Below are positions 55,467 through 64,000 of a DNA stretch of 64,000 nucleotides, in pieces. Below the pieces are notes generated by a model that saw only the letters and a program-made list of their open reading frames with translations, was not told the DNA's origin and made no database searches. The position numbers and the translations under genes are program-made. The DNA is taken from sequence record PP695294.1. One strand, 5' to 3'. Every line of letters starts with the position of its first letter. Position 1 is the stretch's first letter.

Positions 55467-57512
55467 TTAGCTCTCCCGACGGTAAACTTTGATAGTGGTG
55501 TTGAACTGGGTGAGCAGCACACCGCCTTCAGCGATCAGGTCCAGCGTCACAGAGTAACCATTGGATTTATCGTCTGCAGTGAAGTACGCCTTCGGAGTGA
55601 CGACAGCAACGTTATCGAGACGGCCTTCCAGACGTTCGATAATTTTGTTCTCAATCATCTTCGCACGTTCATCATCCGTCATGGCCGCTTCGCCAGACAT
55701 GTCCGCCCATACACGGTCGGAAACACGATAGACGTAGGTCATCATGAAGTTGAACAGGGCGTTGTTCAGTACAGAACGATCTTCGCTGTAGATTGACTGA
55801 ATCGCCGGAATGAACAAGCGATAGTAGTCGTAGGAACGGGCAGTGATCAGCGACACATCCCAGTCAGACGCATACACTTCGTTGCCTTTCCACGGCATAC
55901 TCAGGTCAGTCAGATCTTCGATAATCGTCAGTTCGCCACGGCTGAAACGATAAGCCGGTTTTGCACGACCGTCGCCTGCACCCAGGTACTTCGAGAAGAA
56001 GTTCGCCAGGGAGTAGTTCATCGGAACAGGCTTCTTGTAGGAAGAGTTCTTGATGAACGCCGATTGGCCGGTGACCATACCACGTGCAGCCGGAGTGCCG
56101 TAATAGGCAGATTCCGGTACCGCTGTGATCAATTCGATCAGGGCGATTTTTGCACTTTCTTCTGTCTGCTCATCGTTACGACCTTGGTTGTAAACGTGAG
56201 TCGCCAGCGTCAAGAAGGTGTTACGTGAACGACCGATGAAGTTCACGAGCGCAGCTTTAGTATCGAAGCTAAAGCCAGAGTCCCAGAAACAACCCAGCGA
56301 GTATTTCAGCTCGTTGTCGTAACGGACTTTACCGCCATCCGGGAACAGCAGCATTTCACGGCGAACGAGTTCGTCGTAAACGTCGTTGTTCATGGTACCA
56401 TCGCTACCACCTTGCAGGTAGTGGATGTTGGATGCGGAGAACACAACTTTACCGGTTTCAGTAGCCGGGTTTACCTGAAGACCATCGTAAGGCTGGCCCA
56501 GTAAATCATAGCCGCCAAAGATGTCAACCATATACGGGTCAGCAGGCGCATCAGTTGTGATAGCGGCCTGAGCCAAGCCCAGTACAGTTTCCAGGTTCTC
56601 GCGATACAGATAGAACTGCTCGAAAGGACCATAATCTGGCAGCTCGCCAATGTCAGGCATCGTCTGACGATATGCATCCGCAACAACAACTTCGAAGTCG
56701 AGTTGCGTTCTCATCGGCTGATAGTATGCATCGGGCTTAAAGCTAAAATTGATGCTACTCATGCCAGTGAGAGTTTTCCACACTACCGGAGAAGTCACGC
56801 CTGCCAGGGTTTCGAACCATTGCAGGGTGTAAACACGACCACCGACTTCATTTTGATAGGAGGAGGTCAGAGCCGGGCTGGATTTCTCGCTGAGTGGGAT
56901 CAGTTTGAAACCGAAACCGTTGACGTCAGCACCCGCATACGGGCCTGCGATATCGAACAACGGATACAGCTTCGATTTCGTGCCGCCTTCGCCAGTCATC
57001 GTCCCCTCGATAACCACACCTGCGCCGATGGCCGGGGTAGTTTCGTCGATTACGACAGAACGGAAGACGATTACCAAACCGTCAACTTGTTCTTTGATCT
57101 TGGGCTTGCCCGAGTTGTCGTACTGAACGATCCCGTTGCTGTCGCGTTCGTAGGACGGAACTTTCGTTTCGAGTACGTCGGCGAATACGCGAACACTTGC
57201 GGTTTTCGCATCTTCAGGGATCAAGCGCTGATACATACACTCGTTTGCGTTAGCGTTGAACATCGCCTGATAGGGCGTGTTGAACGTCGCGTAGGGGCCT
57301 CGCAAGTCAAAGACATTGCGACCAAGCAGAGACAGTGCATTATCCCCGGTTAACGGGAACGCCTCGTTGTCTACCCCGCGCGCGGCAAAGGTGAAGATCA
57401 GCGGCTTATGAATTGCGTCACCCGTAGGGGTACGCACAAGCTCGGGGACAGAGTTATCCTGCCAACCTTGCTTGTTATTCAACGGCGCGCCGTTTCGTGG
57501 AATAAAAGTCAT
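55467..57512 (-). CDS. Contractile tail sheath protein (phiKZ gp29-like)
   Basis: 681 aa; NGAP..NKQGWQDNS start, YLQGGSDGT, WDSGFSFDTK, YGTPAARG. Confidence 0.9.
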   Translation of the reverse strand: MTFIPRNGAPLNNKQGWQDNSVPELVRTPTGDAIHKPLIFTFAARGVDNEAFPLTGDNALSLLGRNVFDLRGPYATFNTPYQAMFNANANECMYQRLIPEDAKTASVRVFADVLETKVPSYERDSNGIVQYDNSGKPKIKEQVDGLVIVFRSVVIDETTPAIGAGVVIEGTMTGEGGTKSKLYPLFDIAGPYAGADVNGFGFKLIPLSEKSSPALTSSYQNEVGGRVYTLQWFETLAGVTSPVVWKTLTGMSSINFSFKPDAYYQPMRTQLDFEVVVADAYRQTMPDIGELPDYGPFEQFYLYRENLETVLGLAQAAITTDAPADPYMVDIFGGYDLLGQPYDGLQVNPATETGKVVFSASNIHYLQGGSDGTMNNDVYDELVRREMLLFPDGGKVRYDNELKYSLGCFWDSGFSFDTKAALVNFIGRSRNTFLTLATHVYNQGRNDEQTEESAKIALIELITAVPESAYYGTPAARGMVTGQSAFIKNSSYKKPVPMNYSLANFFSKYLGAGDGRAKPAYRFSRGELTIIEDLTDLSMPWKGNEVYASDWDVSLITARSYDYYRLFIPAIQSIYSEDRSVLNNALFNFMMTYVYRVSDRVWADMSGEAAMTDDERAKMIENKIIERLEGRLDNVAVVTPKAYFTADDKSNGYSVTLDLIAEGGVLLTQFNTTIKVYRRES

Positions 57513-57569
57513 GGAACGTCTCCATATATTCGTCTTAAAGACCTGATGGTCATACTAAGGATCATACTC

Positions 57570-58475
57570 ATGGCACTCGAAAACGCTTACAGCGGTAATC
57601 CCTTTAATGCACTTGACCTTACTCGCACCAAGGCAGACCTGGAATTAGCCCGTAAACTTAACCAAACTGTCTCACAGTCCGATGAAGTTCATTACGTTGT
57701 TGAGACCGCTGATGTAAAACCGTTTCCTTTGCCGATTGTTATCGGCGACGACGTTTATGTATACGCAGCCACGTTTACCACGCTGGATAAGACCAACGAG
57801 CTAAAAATACGAAACCCAGTCGAACACGCATTGCGTCTCGACCAGGCTCGCTGGGAATTGGTGTGGAAACGGAGTAATGGTAAGCTTGCTGCACTGATGG
57901 CACAGATGCCCTACCACCATGAGATTTTCAGCAAATGGGTGTCGGATGCGATTACCCACACGTTTGCACTTGCTCCATATCAAAGTGGGCAAATCAAAGC
58001 GTTGGCTGCATTGTTCTCTGTGGGACAGTTCTATAATCACGTCGAAGATGATGTGAAAGCTTTACGTTTGCAGCAGATGCTGGAGCAACAATTAGGCTTA
58101 CCTGCGGAACTGTTTGAATCAGTGACAGGCCACACAGAATATCTTTTCCCGCGTAATATCGCAGAATTCGTCGAAATGGTGCAGGCTGCAGATATCACTC
58201 CGCGGGTGCGTGACCTGAGCATTCTGTCTCTGCAGCAGATGTTGAATACCAGCTTCTTCGGGGTGAGTTATGAAAAACAACTCGCTACTAGCGCCATCGA
58301 ATATCCGCCTAGTCTCTTCGTTATGATTAAGGCTTGTCTGGATAATAACATGTTTAACCGCAGTCGGTTAGGTGGGATTGTGAAGAAGTCAGACACCGCT
58401 AAGAAACGCGATAAGTTTGAATTCACTTACAACCTTCTGTTGAATCAAAACACCAAACCACTGAACATCAAGTAA
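57570..58475 (+). CDS. Virion structural protein, 301 aa (phiKZ gp28-like)
   Basis: TAAGGA before ATG57570 (the track start 57408 overlaps the sheath gene); position in the sheath-terminase block. Confidence 0.7.
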   Translation: MALENAYSGNPFNALDLTRTKADLELARKLNQTVSQSDEVHYVVETADVKPFPLPIVIGDDVYVYAATFTTLDKTNELKIRNPVEHALRLDQARWELVWKRSNGKLAALMAQMPYHHEIFSKWVSDAITHTFALAPYQSGQIKALAALFSVGQFYNHVEDDVKALRLQQMLEQQLGLPAELFESVTGHTEYLFPRNIAEFVEMVQAADITPRVRDLSILSLQQMLNTSFFGVSYEKQLATSAIEYPPSLFVMIKACLDNNMFNRSRLGGIVKKSDTAKKRDKFEFTYNLLLNQNTKPLNIK

Positions 58476-58485
58476 GAGGCCCACT

Positions 58486-60999
58486 ATGGAGAACTGGCTG
58501 GTCGCTCACGCCGTTAAAAATGCGTGGCAGCGTCCGTACCTCGATGGGGTGTTGAACATTGCGCCTTTTCGATTAACTGAAAAGACCGGAGCGATCGGGT
58601 TTTTCAAGCACGGGCGTAATCCGATTCCTTTACCGGGCGAGGGGTGGTGGCACGCGTTTGTAATTGACAAGCTCCACCTCAACTACGGCAACTTGAGTAT
58701 CCCTCCTGAGCGCTGGAAGAAACTTACTACGTGTGTAAATAACTTCCATGCGTGGATGCAGGTGTACAACGAAGATGGGACAATTATCCCGTCGAACTCT
58801 GTGTATTTCTGGCGGACACTCTCTGGTCAGATTTACATGGCGATTCCGCAAACGGAACGCTACAAGTGGTTAGACGACACGCCGTGTTATCTGCGCATTT
58901 ATGCTGGTAATGATGGCGGCGAAAACGCTCCTGTTGTTAAACCGACGTTCATCGAACCGTATAATCCGCCGAACCCACAACAGATCCAGATCGTCTTAGA
59001 CCGTTATAATCTGTTGAAAGGCCAGAAAATCGGCTATGTCGATTTCTGGGTAAACGGAAAGATGATTGCTGATCCTAAGCCCGCGGATATCAAAGCGTGG
59101 GACGATGTTGAAATCCGTGTCGATGGGCGTATTCGTCGTGTGATTGAATACCGTTGTGGGGATTTGCAAACGTTCTACTCAACGCTTGACCAAACACGAA
59201 AATACCTGCTGCACATTCCAAAAGGGGATGGCATTTGGATTTTCAACAGCGATTGTGAAATTCAGTTGTTGTGGAAAGGCGAGGGACGTTACTACCATCG
59301 CCACCGCCATCTGGCCGTACGACAATTGACGTGGAACGATCTATCGATTCCTTCGATGCGGATTTCGAAGTACCGCACCGCGTTCAACACCCCGATGAAT
59401 GATATCGACGAACTAACGATTCGTTTATTGATACGCGACGATTTCCTTGACCTGAAGCCGCTGTATAATTCCACCCACACGCATGATCTCTATCGTCTTA
59501 GCGACGAGCAAATCATCGGTGCGATGGTGGGGGCAAACTCCAACGTACCAGAGTGGACCGCAGCAGCGCTCGAAGAATCGGCAGCGAATCGGTTAGCGGC
59601 GGCCAAACTCCGGAACATCACGCGCGATCTTTGCACTGATGCGTACGGCTACAACGCTGCTGCACGTTACAGCGCCGACACACCGCAGCGTCTGGAACTT
59701 ACCTCTGGCGGTTATCGTGGTATTTTGCCTGACCTACTGGCAACATTGTCGACTGTATACGAATACGATGCCGATGGGTTGCTGTTAGAGCATCACCGTA
59801 ATGCAGGCTACGATGTTTACATCCCTCGCAATCCGGAAGCACGAATCATTGAGGCAATTGCAGGTGAAGTCTCAGATGCGGTGAAGATTGTTGACAACGC
59901 TCCCGACTTTGAAATTGAGCCAGGTTCGAACGTTGGACTGTGGATTCGAATGGTCATCGGGGAGGTTCCAACTAACGACTACTACAAAGCCGAGGAAGGA
60001 ACGGATTATACCCGCGACGGAAATAAAATCACCTGGACCGTAGATCGGACACGACGTCACCCGACAGTGATTTACGACGACTTCCATCTGTTCTTCGAAG
60101 TGGATGTTAAGGTGTCGGAAGGTCAGATACGTATTCCGATTGTAGCACGTAACCAAGACGGGCAGCAGCGCACGCTGTGGCTACCGATGGAAACGGTTGA
60201 AGTGTGGTTGAACAACCACCCACTGGTGCACGGTATCGATTACCACACCCGCTGGCCGGAAATTGTGGTGGTTTGTAAAGCATGGATGGCGGACGGGGAT
60301 ACAAATAAAATCTCAGTGCGTTGTCGTGGCGTGACCGGTGAACTCCGTATTCCTAAACACGGTTTCGTGTCAAGCGGACTGCTGTCTAATAACAGCCAGT
60401 TTGATTGCCGTGACGACAAAGTGATTCGTGTCGTGGGTGGTGGTTCACTGTTACTGCGTGACGAAGTCGTGTTCCGTGAAGACAACACTGTAGGTGTCGA
60501 TATCGTACAAGACGGGTTCCCGTACTCAGTCGACGATCCGACTATTCCGTTACGGACGTTGGTAAGCGGCGATACTTACAAGTTGCGCGACACTGCCCGC
60601 GATTTGGACACACGCGTTGAGGCTTATTTGTCTAACTGGTTCCCAACACCACCGCCGGTTAACCCGGTACCGTTGCCGTATCTGTATCACCTCTATTCGC
60701 CAACCCTGAACAAGATCTTGTGGGACTACTTACAAGGTATTCTGATTCTACGGGAAGACGATCCGGAGTATCGTATCTCGACGTCACAGCTGGATAACAT
60801 CATGGAGCGTTATAAAGACCTCCTGCCGTTTGACCCGGCTTATATCGGTTACGATAAAGCGTTTGTGAAACTGCATCCGCATGTGAAGTACGAAACGGTA
60901 GAAATCAACGAACTTGGCTTTGCTTTCTTAGACCGCGTCAATGAACGTTATCTGAATGGCGAAGTGCAGCTTAATCAGTATCTGATAATCAAGGGTTAA
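58486..60999 (+). CDS. Virion structural protein, 837 aa (phiKZ gp27-like, tail/baseplate)
   Basis: GAGG RBS; NAWQRP start; position in the block. Confidence 0.7.
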   Translation: MENWLVAHAVKNAWQRPYLDGVLNIAPFRLTEKTGAIGFFKHGRNPIPLPGEGWWHAFVIDKLHLNYGNLSIPPERWKKLTTCVNNFHAWMQVYNEDGTIIPSNSVYFWRTLSGQIYMAIPQTERYKWLDDTPCYLRIYAGNDGGENAPVVKPTFIEPYNPPNPQQIQIVLDRYNLLKGQKIGYVDFWVNGKMIADPKPADIKAWDDVEIRVDGRIRRVIEYRCGDLQTFYSTLDQTRKYLLHIPKGDGIWIFNSDCEIQLLWKGEGRYYHRHRHLAVRQLTWNDLSIPSMRISKYRTAFNTPMNDIDELTIRLLIRDDFLDLKPLYNSTHTHDLYRLSDEQIIGAMVGANSNVPEWTAAALEESAANRLAAAKLRNITRDLCTDAYGYNAAARYSADTPQRLELTSGGYRGILPDLLATLSTVYEYDADGLLLEHHRNAGYDVYIPRNPEARIIEAIAGEVSDAVKIVDNAPDFEIEPGSNVGLWIRMVIGEVPTNDYYKAEEGTDYTRDGNKITWTVDRTRRHPTVIYDDFHLFFEVDVKVSEGQIRIPIVARNQDGQQRTLWLPMETVEVWLNNHPLVHGIDYHTRWPEIVVVCKAWMADGDTNKISVRCRGVTGELRIPKHGFVSSGLLSNNSQFDCRDDKVIRVVGGGSLLLRDEVVFREDNTVGVDIVQDGFPYSVDDPTIPLRTLVSGDTYKLRDTARDLDTRVEAYLSNWFPTPPPVNPVPLPYLYHLYSPTLNKILWDYLQGILILREDDPEYRISTSQLDNIMERYKDLLPFDPAYIGYDKAFVKLHPHVKYETVEINELGFAFLDRVNERYLNGEVQLNQYLIIKG

Positions 61000-61001
61000 T
61001 C

Positions 61002-62645
61002 ATGGCGAAGATTGCGTCCAAATTAATCGACAAGGATCGCGGGTTCGAAGTCTGGGACCCGAGTGAATTGTACGAACCAAACAAACCAACAGGTTACGTA
61101 CCTAACCCACGCGACCTCATCGTGAACGACATGACCTCCGGCTTTGACCGTGTGGTTAGCGTGAACTATTCGGTACCGTCGTGGGAAACAGAACCGTTCG
61201 GTGGCGTTGGTGTGGCAAACCAAGACGGGCGTCTTAATGGTCACTACCCACTACGCTCTGACAGATATCGCGTCTACGTGGACAGCACCAAACTTCCACC
61301 GACGATGGTTATCGATGATGCCGTCACTTTCAACGGTCCCGATATCGACGGTGTGCGTATCCTGCGTGGGTCATCTGTAAACGATGATGCGGAAATCCTG
61401 TCTGGTTATTACAAAGACGGGGTTCTGAAAAAGAACTATCTGCCGGTGCAGACTATCAGTGCGGCTGACGCAGAAACCGTGGTGAAGCAAGCGATTCCTG
61501 GGAGCTGCCTGGCCGAAGTCAGTAACGGCGAAGAGTGTACTTTCCTGGTTTACTCTGACACCGGTAACGTTGTTCAGATCGCCCACGGTCACATCATCAA
61601 GACCAATCTGGTGATGGCGCAAGAGACTCCGTCTCGCACTGTGCTAGGTATTAAACTGGTTTCACCGTTCCTGGTAGACGACAATGGTACTACGCTAACG
61701 CTGCCGATTAACATCCCGCTGGAATCTATTCCGCTGTGGTGTGACATCCAGTACAGCGACGGAACCAAACGCCTACCTATCGATGGTTCGCGTGTGAAGT
61801 TTAACGGTCTGCGTAACTCTGGTGCACATGACACGTTTTACATCGCTTCAAATGCCGGTAATGAGTTACCTTGCCAGTTAAGCTATCAGTTGGCTCGCGG
61901 TGAAACCTACGGTGGTACTGACATTGTTAAAGATACAATTGTCAAAGACTACACCGCTGTAACCGAAACAGTCGATGGTGCTTATTCCATGAAGCTGTTT
62001 GTGGTTCCGCGTTGGTTGGATGCGAACCGTGGTTATCGTCTGTCGTTCCTGCTGTACAACCTGACACGCGGCCAAGTCTACGACGCGACCGCAAACATCC
62101 AGTACACCACAGGGACTACATTCGACCCACTGTTGATGGGTGTGAAACAGCGTCTGAATGTGCAGGTGGATATCAGCAAAGTAAATCCACAATTCCGCGC
62201 ATTCATCCAGGCGCAGTCTTTCGCCATCACGTTAGTGAACCCAGGTAACGAGTTGAATACCAACTTCCTTATCGAATACCTGCCCGATGGGCTGGTCTAC
62301 GGTAATGAAATTTGGGCGGAGTTCAAATACTCTAACGTCAACTACTCCACGCTGAACCTTCGTTGTGGTTGTGCCTCTAAAGCCGAGTGGCTTAAAGCGT
62401 TGTACGAGCCGATTTATCCGCTCTACGATCGTCGTAATGAATCTGAGGCTCCCGAGCCTACACACTTTGAGGTGCATGTCGGTGGTAAGGTTTACACCCA
62501 CAGCATCGATGAGTGGTTAAATGAGCAAACGGTAGATTATCGTATCGCTCTGGACGATTCGTTAGTTATTCGCTGGATTCGTCGCACTCCTACGGATACG
62601 CTTAACCTCGCGGCTACGCCAATGCTGGCGCACCACATCGAGTAA
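61002..62645 (+). CDS. Virion structural protein, 547 aa (phiKZ gp26-like)
   Basis: Directly before the terminase gene; YVPNPRDLIV. Confidence 0.7.
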   Translation: MAKIASKLIDKDRGFEVWDPSELYEPNKPTGYVPNPRDLIVNDMTSGFDRVVSVNYSVPSWETEPFGGVGVANQDGRLNGHYPLRSDRYRVYVDSTKLPPTMVIDDAVTFNGPDIDGVRILRGSSVNDDAEILSGYYKDGVLKKNYLPVQTISAADAETVVKQAIPGSCLAEVSNGEECTFLVYSDTGNVVQIAHGHIIKTNLVMAQETPSRTVLGIKLVSPFLVDDNGTTLTLPINIPLESIPLWCDIQYSDGTKRLPIDGSRVKFNGLRNSGAHDTFYIASNAGNELPCQLSYQLARGETYGGTDIVKDTIVKDYTAVTETVDGAYSMKLFVVPRWLDANRGYRLSFLLYNLTRGQVYDATANIQYTTGTTFDPLLMGVKQRLNVQVDISKVNPQFRAFIQAQSFAITLVNPGNELNTNFLIEYLPDGLVYGNEIWAEFKYSNVNYSTLNLRCGCASKAEWLKALYEPIYPLYDRRNESEAPEPTHFEVHVGGKVYTHSIDEWLNEQTVDYRIALDDSLVIRWIRRTPTDTLNLAATPMLAHHIE

Positions 62646-62653
62646 CAAACCTT

Positions 62654-62677
62654 CCTCCACCCCTTCGGGGGTGGAGG
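62654..62677. other. Perfect stem-loop without U-tract, just upstream of the terminase RBS
   Basis: CCTCCACCCC-TTCG-GGGGTGGAGG followed by TATGGAG..ATG. Confidence 0.7.
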
Positions 62678-62689
62678 TATGGAGATTGT

Positions 62690-64000
62690 ATGATACTGCG
62701 AAAAAACGATTGGCGACACTATCCGGGGGCGATTGTTGACGACGTCACACCAAACGTGCACTTCCTTCAATTCGCCACAACACTACAAGGATTAGGTGTC
62801 CAGCATTGGTACGTCCACCTGGCATTACACAATCCCGAACTCCGTGGTGTTGATCCGTTTAGCCCGGATTTAACACTCGAACAAAAAGCGATGATTGTTA
62901 CGGAGTGTGCGGAAAACCCATGGTACTTCTTCCGTGAATGTGTCCGTGTCCCTGCGGATGGTGTAAAGAACGGGATGCCGTTTCGTCTAGACCGCGGTAA
63001 CTTTTCGATGTATTGGATTTTCTTCAACAACATCGACGCCGCTATCGAGTTTCTCCGTCAGCATGGTAAAACTGTCGGGATGTCCGCATTGCTATTGTGG
63101 CTGATGCGCTTCCTGGAGAACTCACGTACGATTCTTATCACGAAGGGTCCTGCCCTGCGTGAAGAAACTATCAACAAAATGAAACAACTGCGTAACGCGT
63201 TACCGGATTATCTCTGGCCACATCACCCGGACGATCCTGATAACCGTGAGACATTTGCATGTCTAGCGCAGGGTAACAAACTTATCACCGGCATCGGTCA
63301 AAACGATAAGGAAGCTGCGAACGGGGTAGGCCGTGGACTCACAGCCGGACGCCTGTTCTCGGATGAAGGACCGTTTACCAACAACATCCACCACATCCTC
63401 CCTGCTGCACTAGCATCGGGTACCGCGGCGCGTCGTATTAACGAAGCCGAAGGTGTTCCATACGGCAACGTCTTCGCAACAACGCCTGGGGATTTGGCGA
63501 CAGAAGAAGGCGAGTACATGTACAGCCTGATGACGTCGGGGATTTCGTGGGATGAACGGTATATCGACATTCCGACTCGTGCACAACTGATTGACATGAT
63601 TCGCAAAGGCTCTACTGCGAAGATTCCACGTATCATGTTCTACGTGAAATACAACCACCGCCAACTCGGTACCACGGACGAAGAACTCGCAGATATGATT
63701 GCGAACGCCCCAGGTACACCAGACCAAATCCGCCGTGACTTCGGTGGTGAATGGACAACCGGTGGTTACAACAAACCGTTCTCAGGCGATGATGCAAGAC
63801 GTATGAACGCCTCGCGTATTCGGGCAGCACAGAAAATTATCTCTGCTTCCAACTACGTAACGGATTGGTATTACACCGAAGAACAGATGCTGGTTAAAAT
63901 GCAAGACCGCCACATCATCGGTTTGGATACTTCCGAAGCCGTGGGACGTGACGCCATTGCCATGTCAATCGTCAACTCTGTCACTGCCGAATATGCCGGC
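62690..64000 (+). CDS. terL: Terminase large subunit (3' truncated by window edge; absent from the ORF track)
   Basis: Open frame from ATG62690 to the end (437 codons): NPWYFFRE, Walker A LRQHGKT, Walker B LFSDEG, FATTPG, nuclease IIGLDTSEA. Confidence 0.93.
   Translation, partial: MILRKNDWRHYPGAIVDDVTPNVHFLQFATTLQGLGVQHWYVHLALHNPELRGVDPFSPDLTLEQKAMIVTECAENPWYFFRECVRVPADGVKNGMPFRLDRGNFSMYWIFFNNIDAAIEFLRQHGKTVGMSALLLWLMRFLENSRTILITKGPALREETINKMKQLRNALPDYLWPHHPDDPDNRETFACLAQGNKLITGIGQNDKEAANGVGRGLTAGRLFSDEGPFTNNIHHILPAALASGTAARRINEAEGVPYGNVFATTPGDLATEEGEYMYSLMTSGISWDERYIDIPTRAQLIDMIRKGSTAKIPRIMFYVKYNHRQLGTTDEELADMIANAPGTPDQIRRDFGGEWTTGGYNKPFSGDDARRMNASRIRAAQKIISASNYVTDWYYTEEQMLVKMQDRHIIGLDTSEAVGRDAIAMSIVNSVTAEYAG

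Noticed and set aside
54966-55796. 276-aa + strand ORF, also 56703-57353 (216 aa)
   Set aside because: Antisense to tail tube and sheath; explained by the codon bias of highly expressed genes; no RBS or motif.
1-64000. tRNA, CRISPR array, intron or intein, integrase or transposase; scattered TATG late-promoter calls
   Set aside because: None of these elements was recognised by eye; TATG is too short to call without TSS data.

Overview
This is a 64-kb segment of a phiKZ-like (Chimalliviridae-type) jumbo myophage genome. Gene order and motifs closely resemble my recollection of Salmonella phage SPN3US, roughly gp190-gp260; identity was not verified by search. Core genes: split virion RNA polymerase subunits (beta-N, beta-C, beta'-N with the DYDGD catalytic motif, probable beta'-M), a 2373-aa tape measure/lytic transglycosylase, baseplate proteins, prohead protease, tail tube, tail sheath, terminase large subunit (runs off the right edge and is missing from the ORF track), a RecA-like recombinase, RNase H, a DEDD exonuclease and ThyA. 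The accessory genes hold most of the interesting signals. These are a free-standing 62-aa copy of the redox-active C-terminal tail of class Ia ribonucleotide reductase (NrdA), a 69-aa protein carrying a GTPase-dead copy of the EF-Tu N-terminus, and both a DarG-like macrodomain and a NADAR-like protein (candidate anti-DarTG2 and anti-DarTG1 erasers). There is also a CYTH enzyme with a prohead-protease-type AxE propeptide, a MazG-like enzyme plus a catalytically dead paralog, an ART-like protein, a Tiki/EreA-fold protein, an apparently early, secreted transglycosylase with a leader peptide, and a probable spanin pair. No tRNA, rRNA, CRISPR array, intron, intein or mobile element was seen. All functional calls come from motif recognition by eye and need HMM or structure confirmation.
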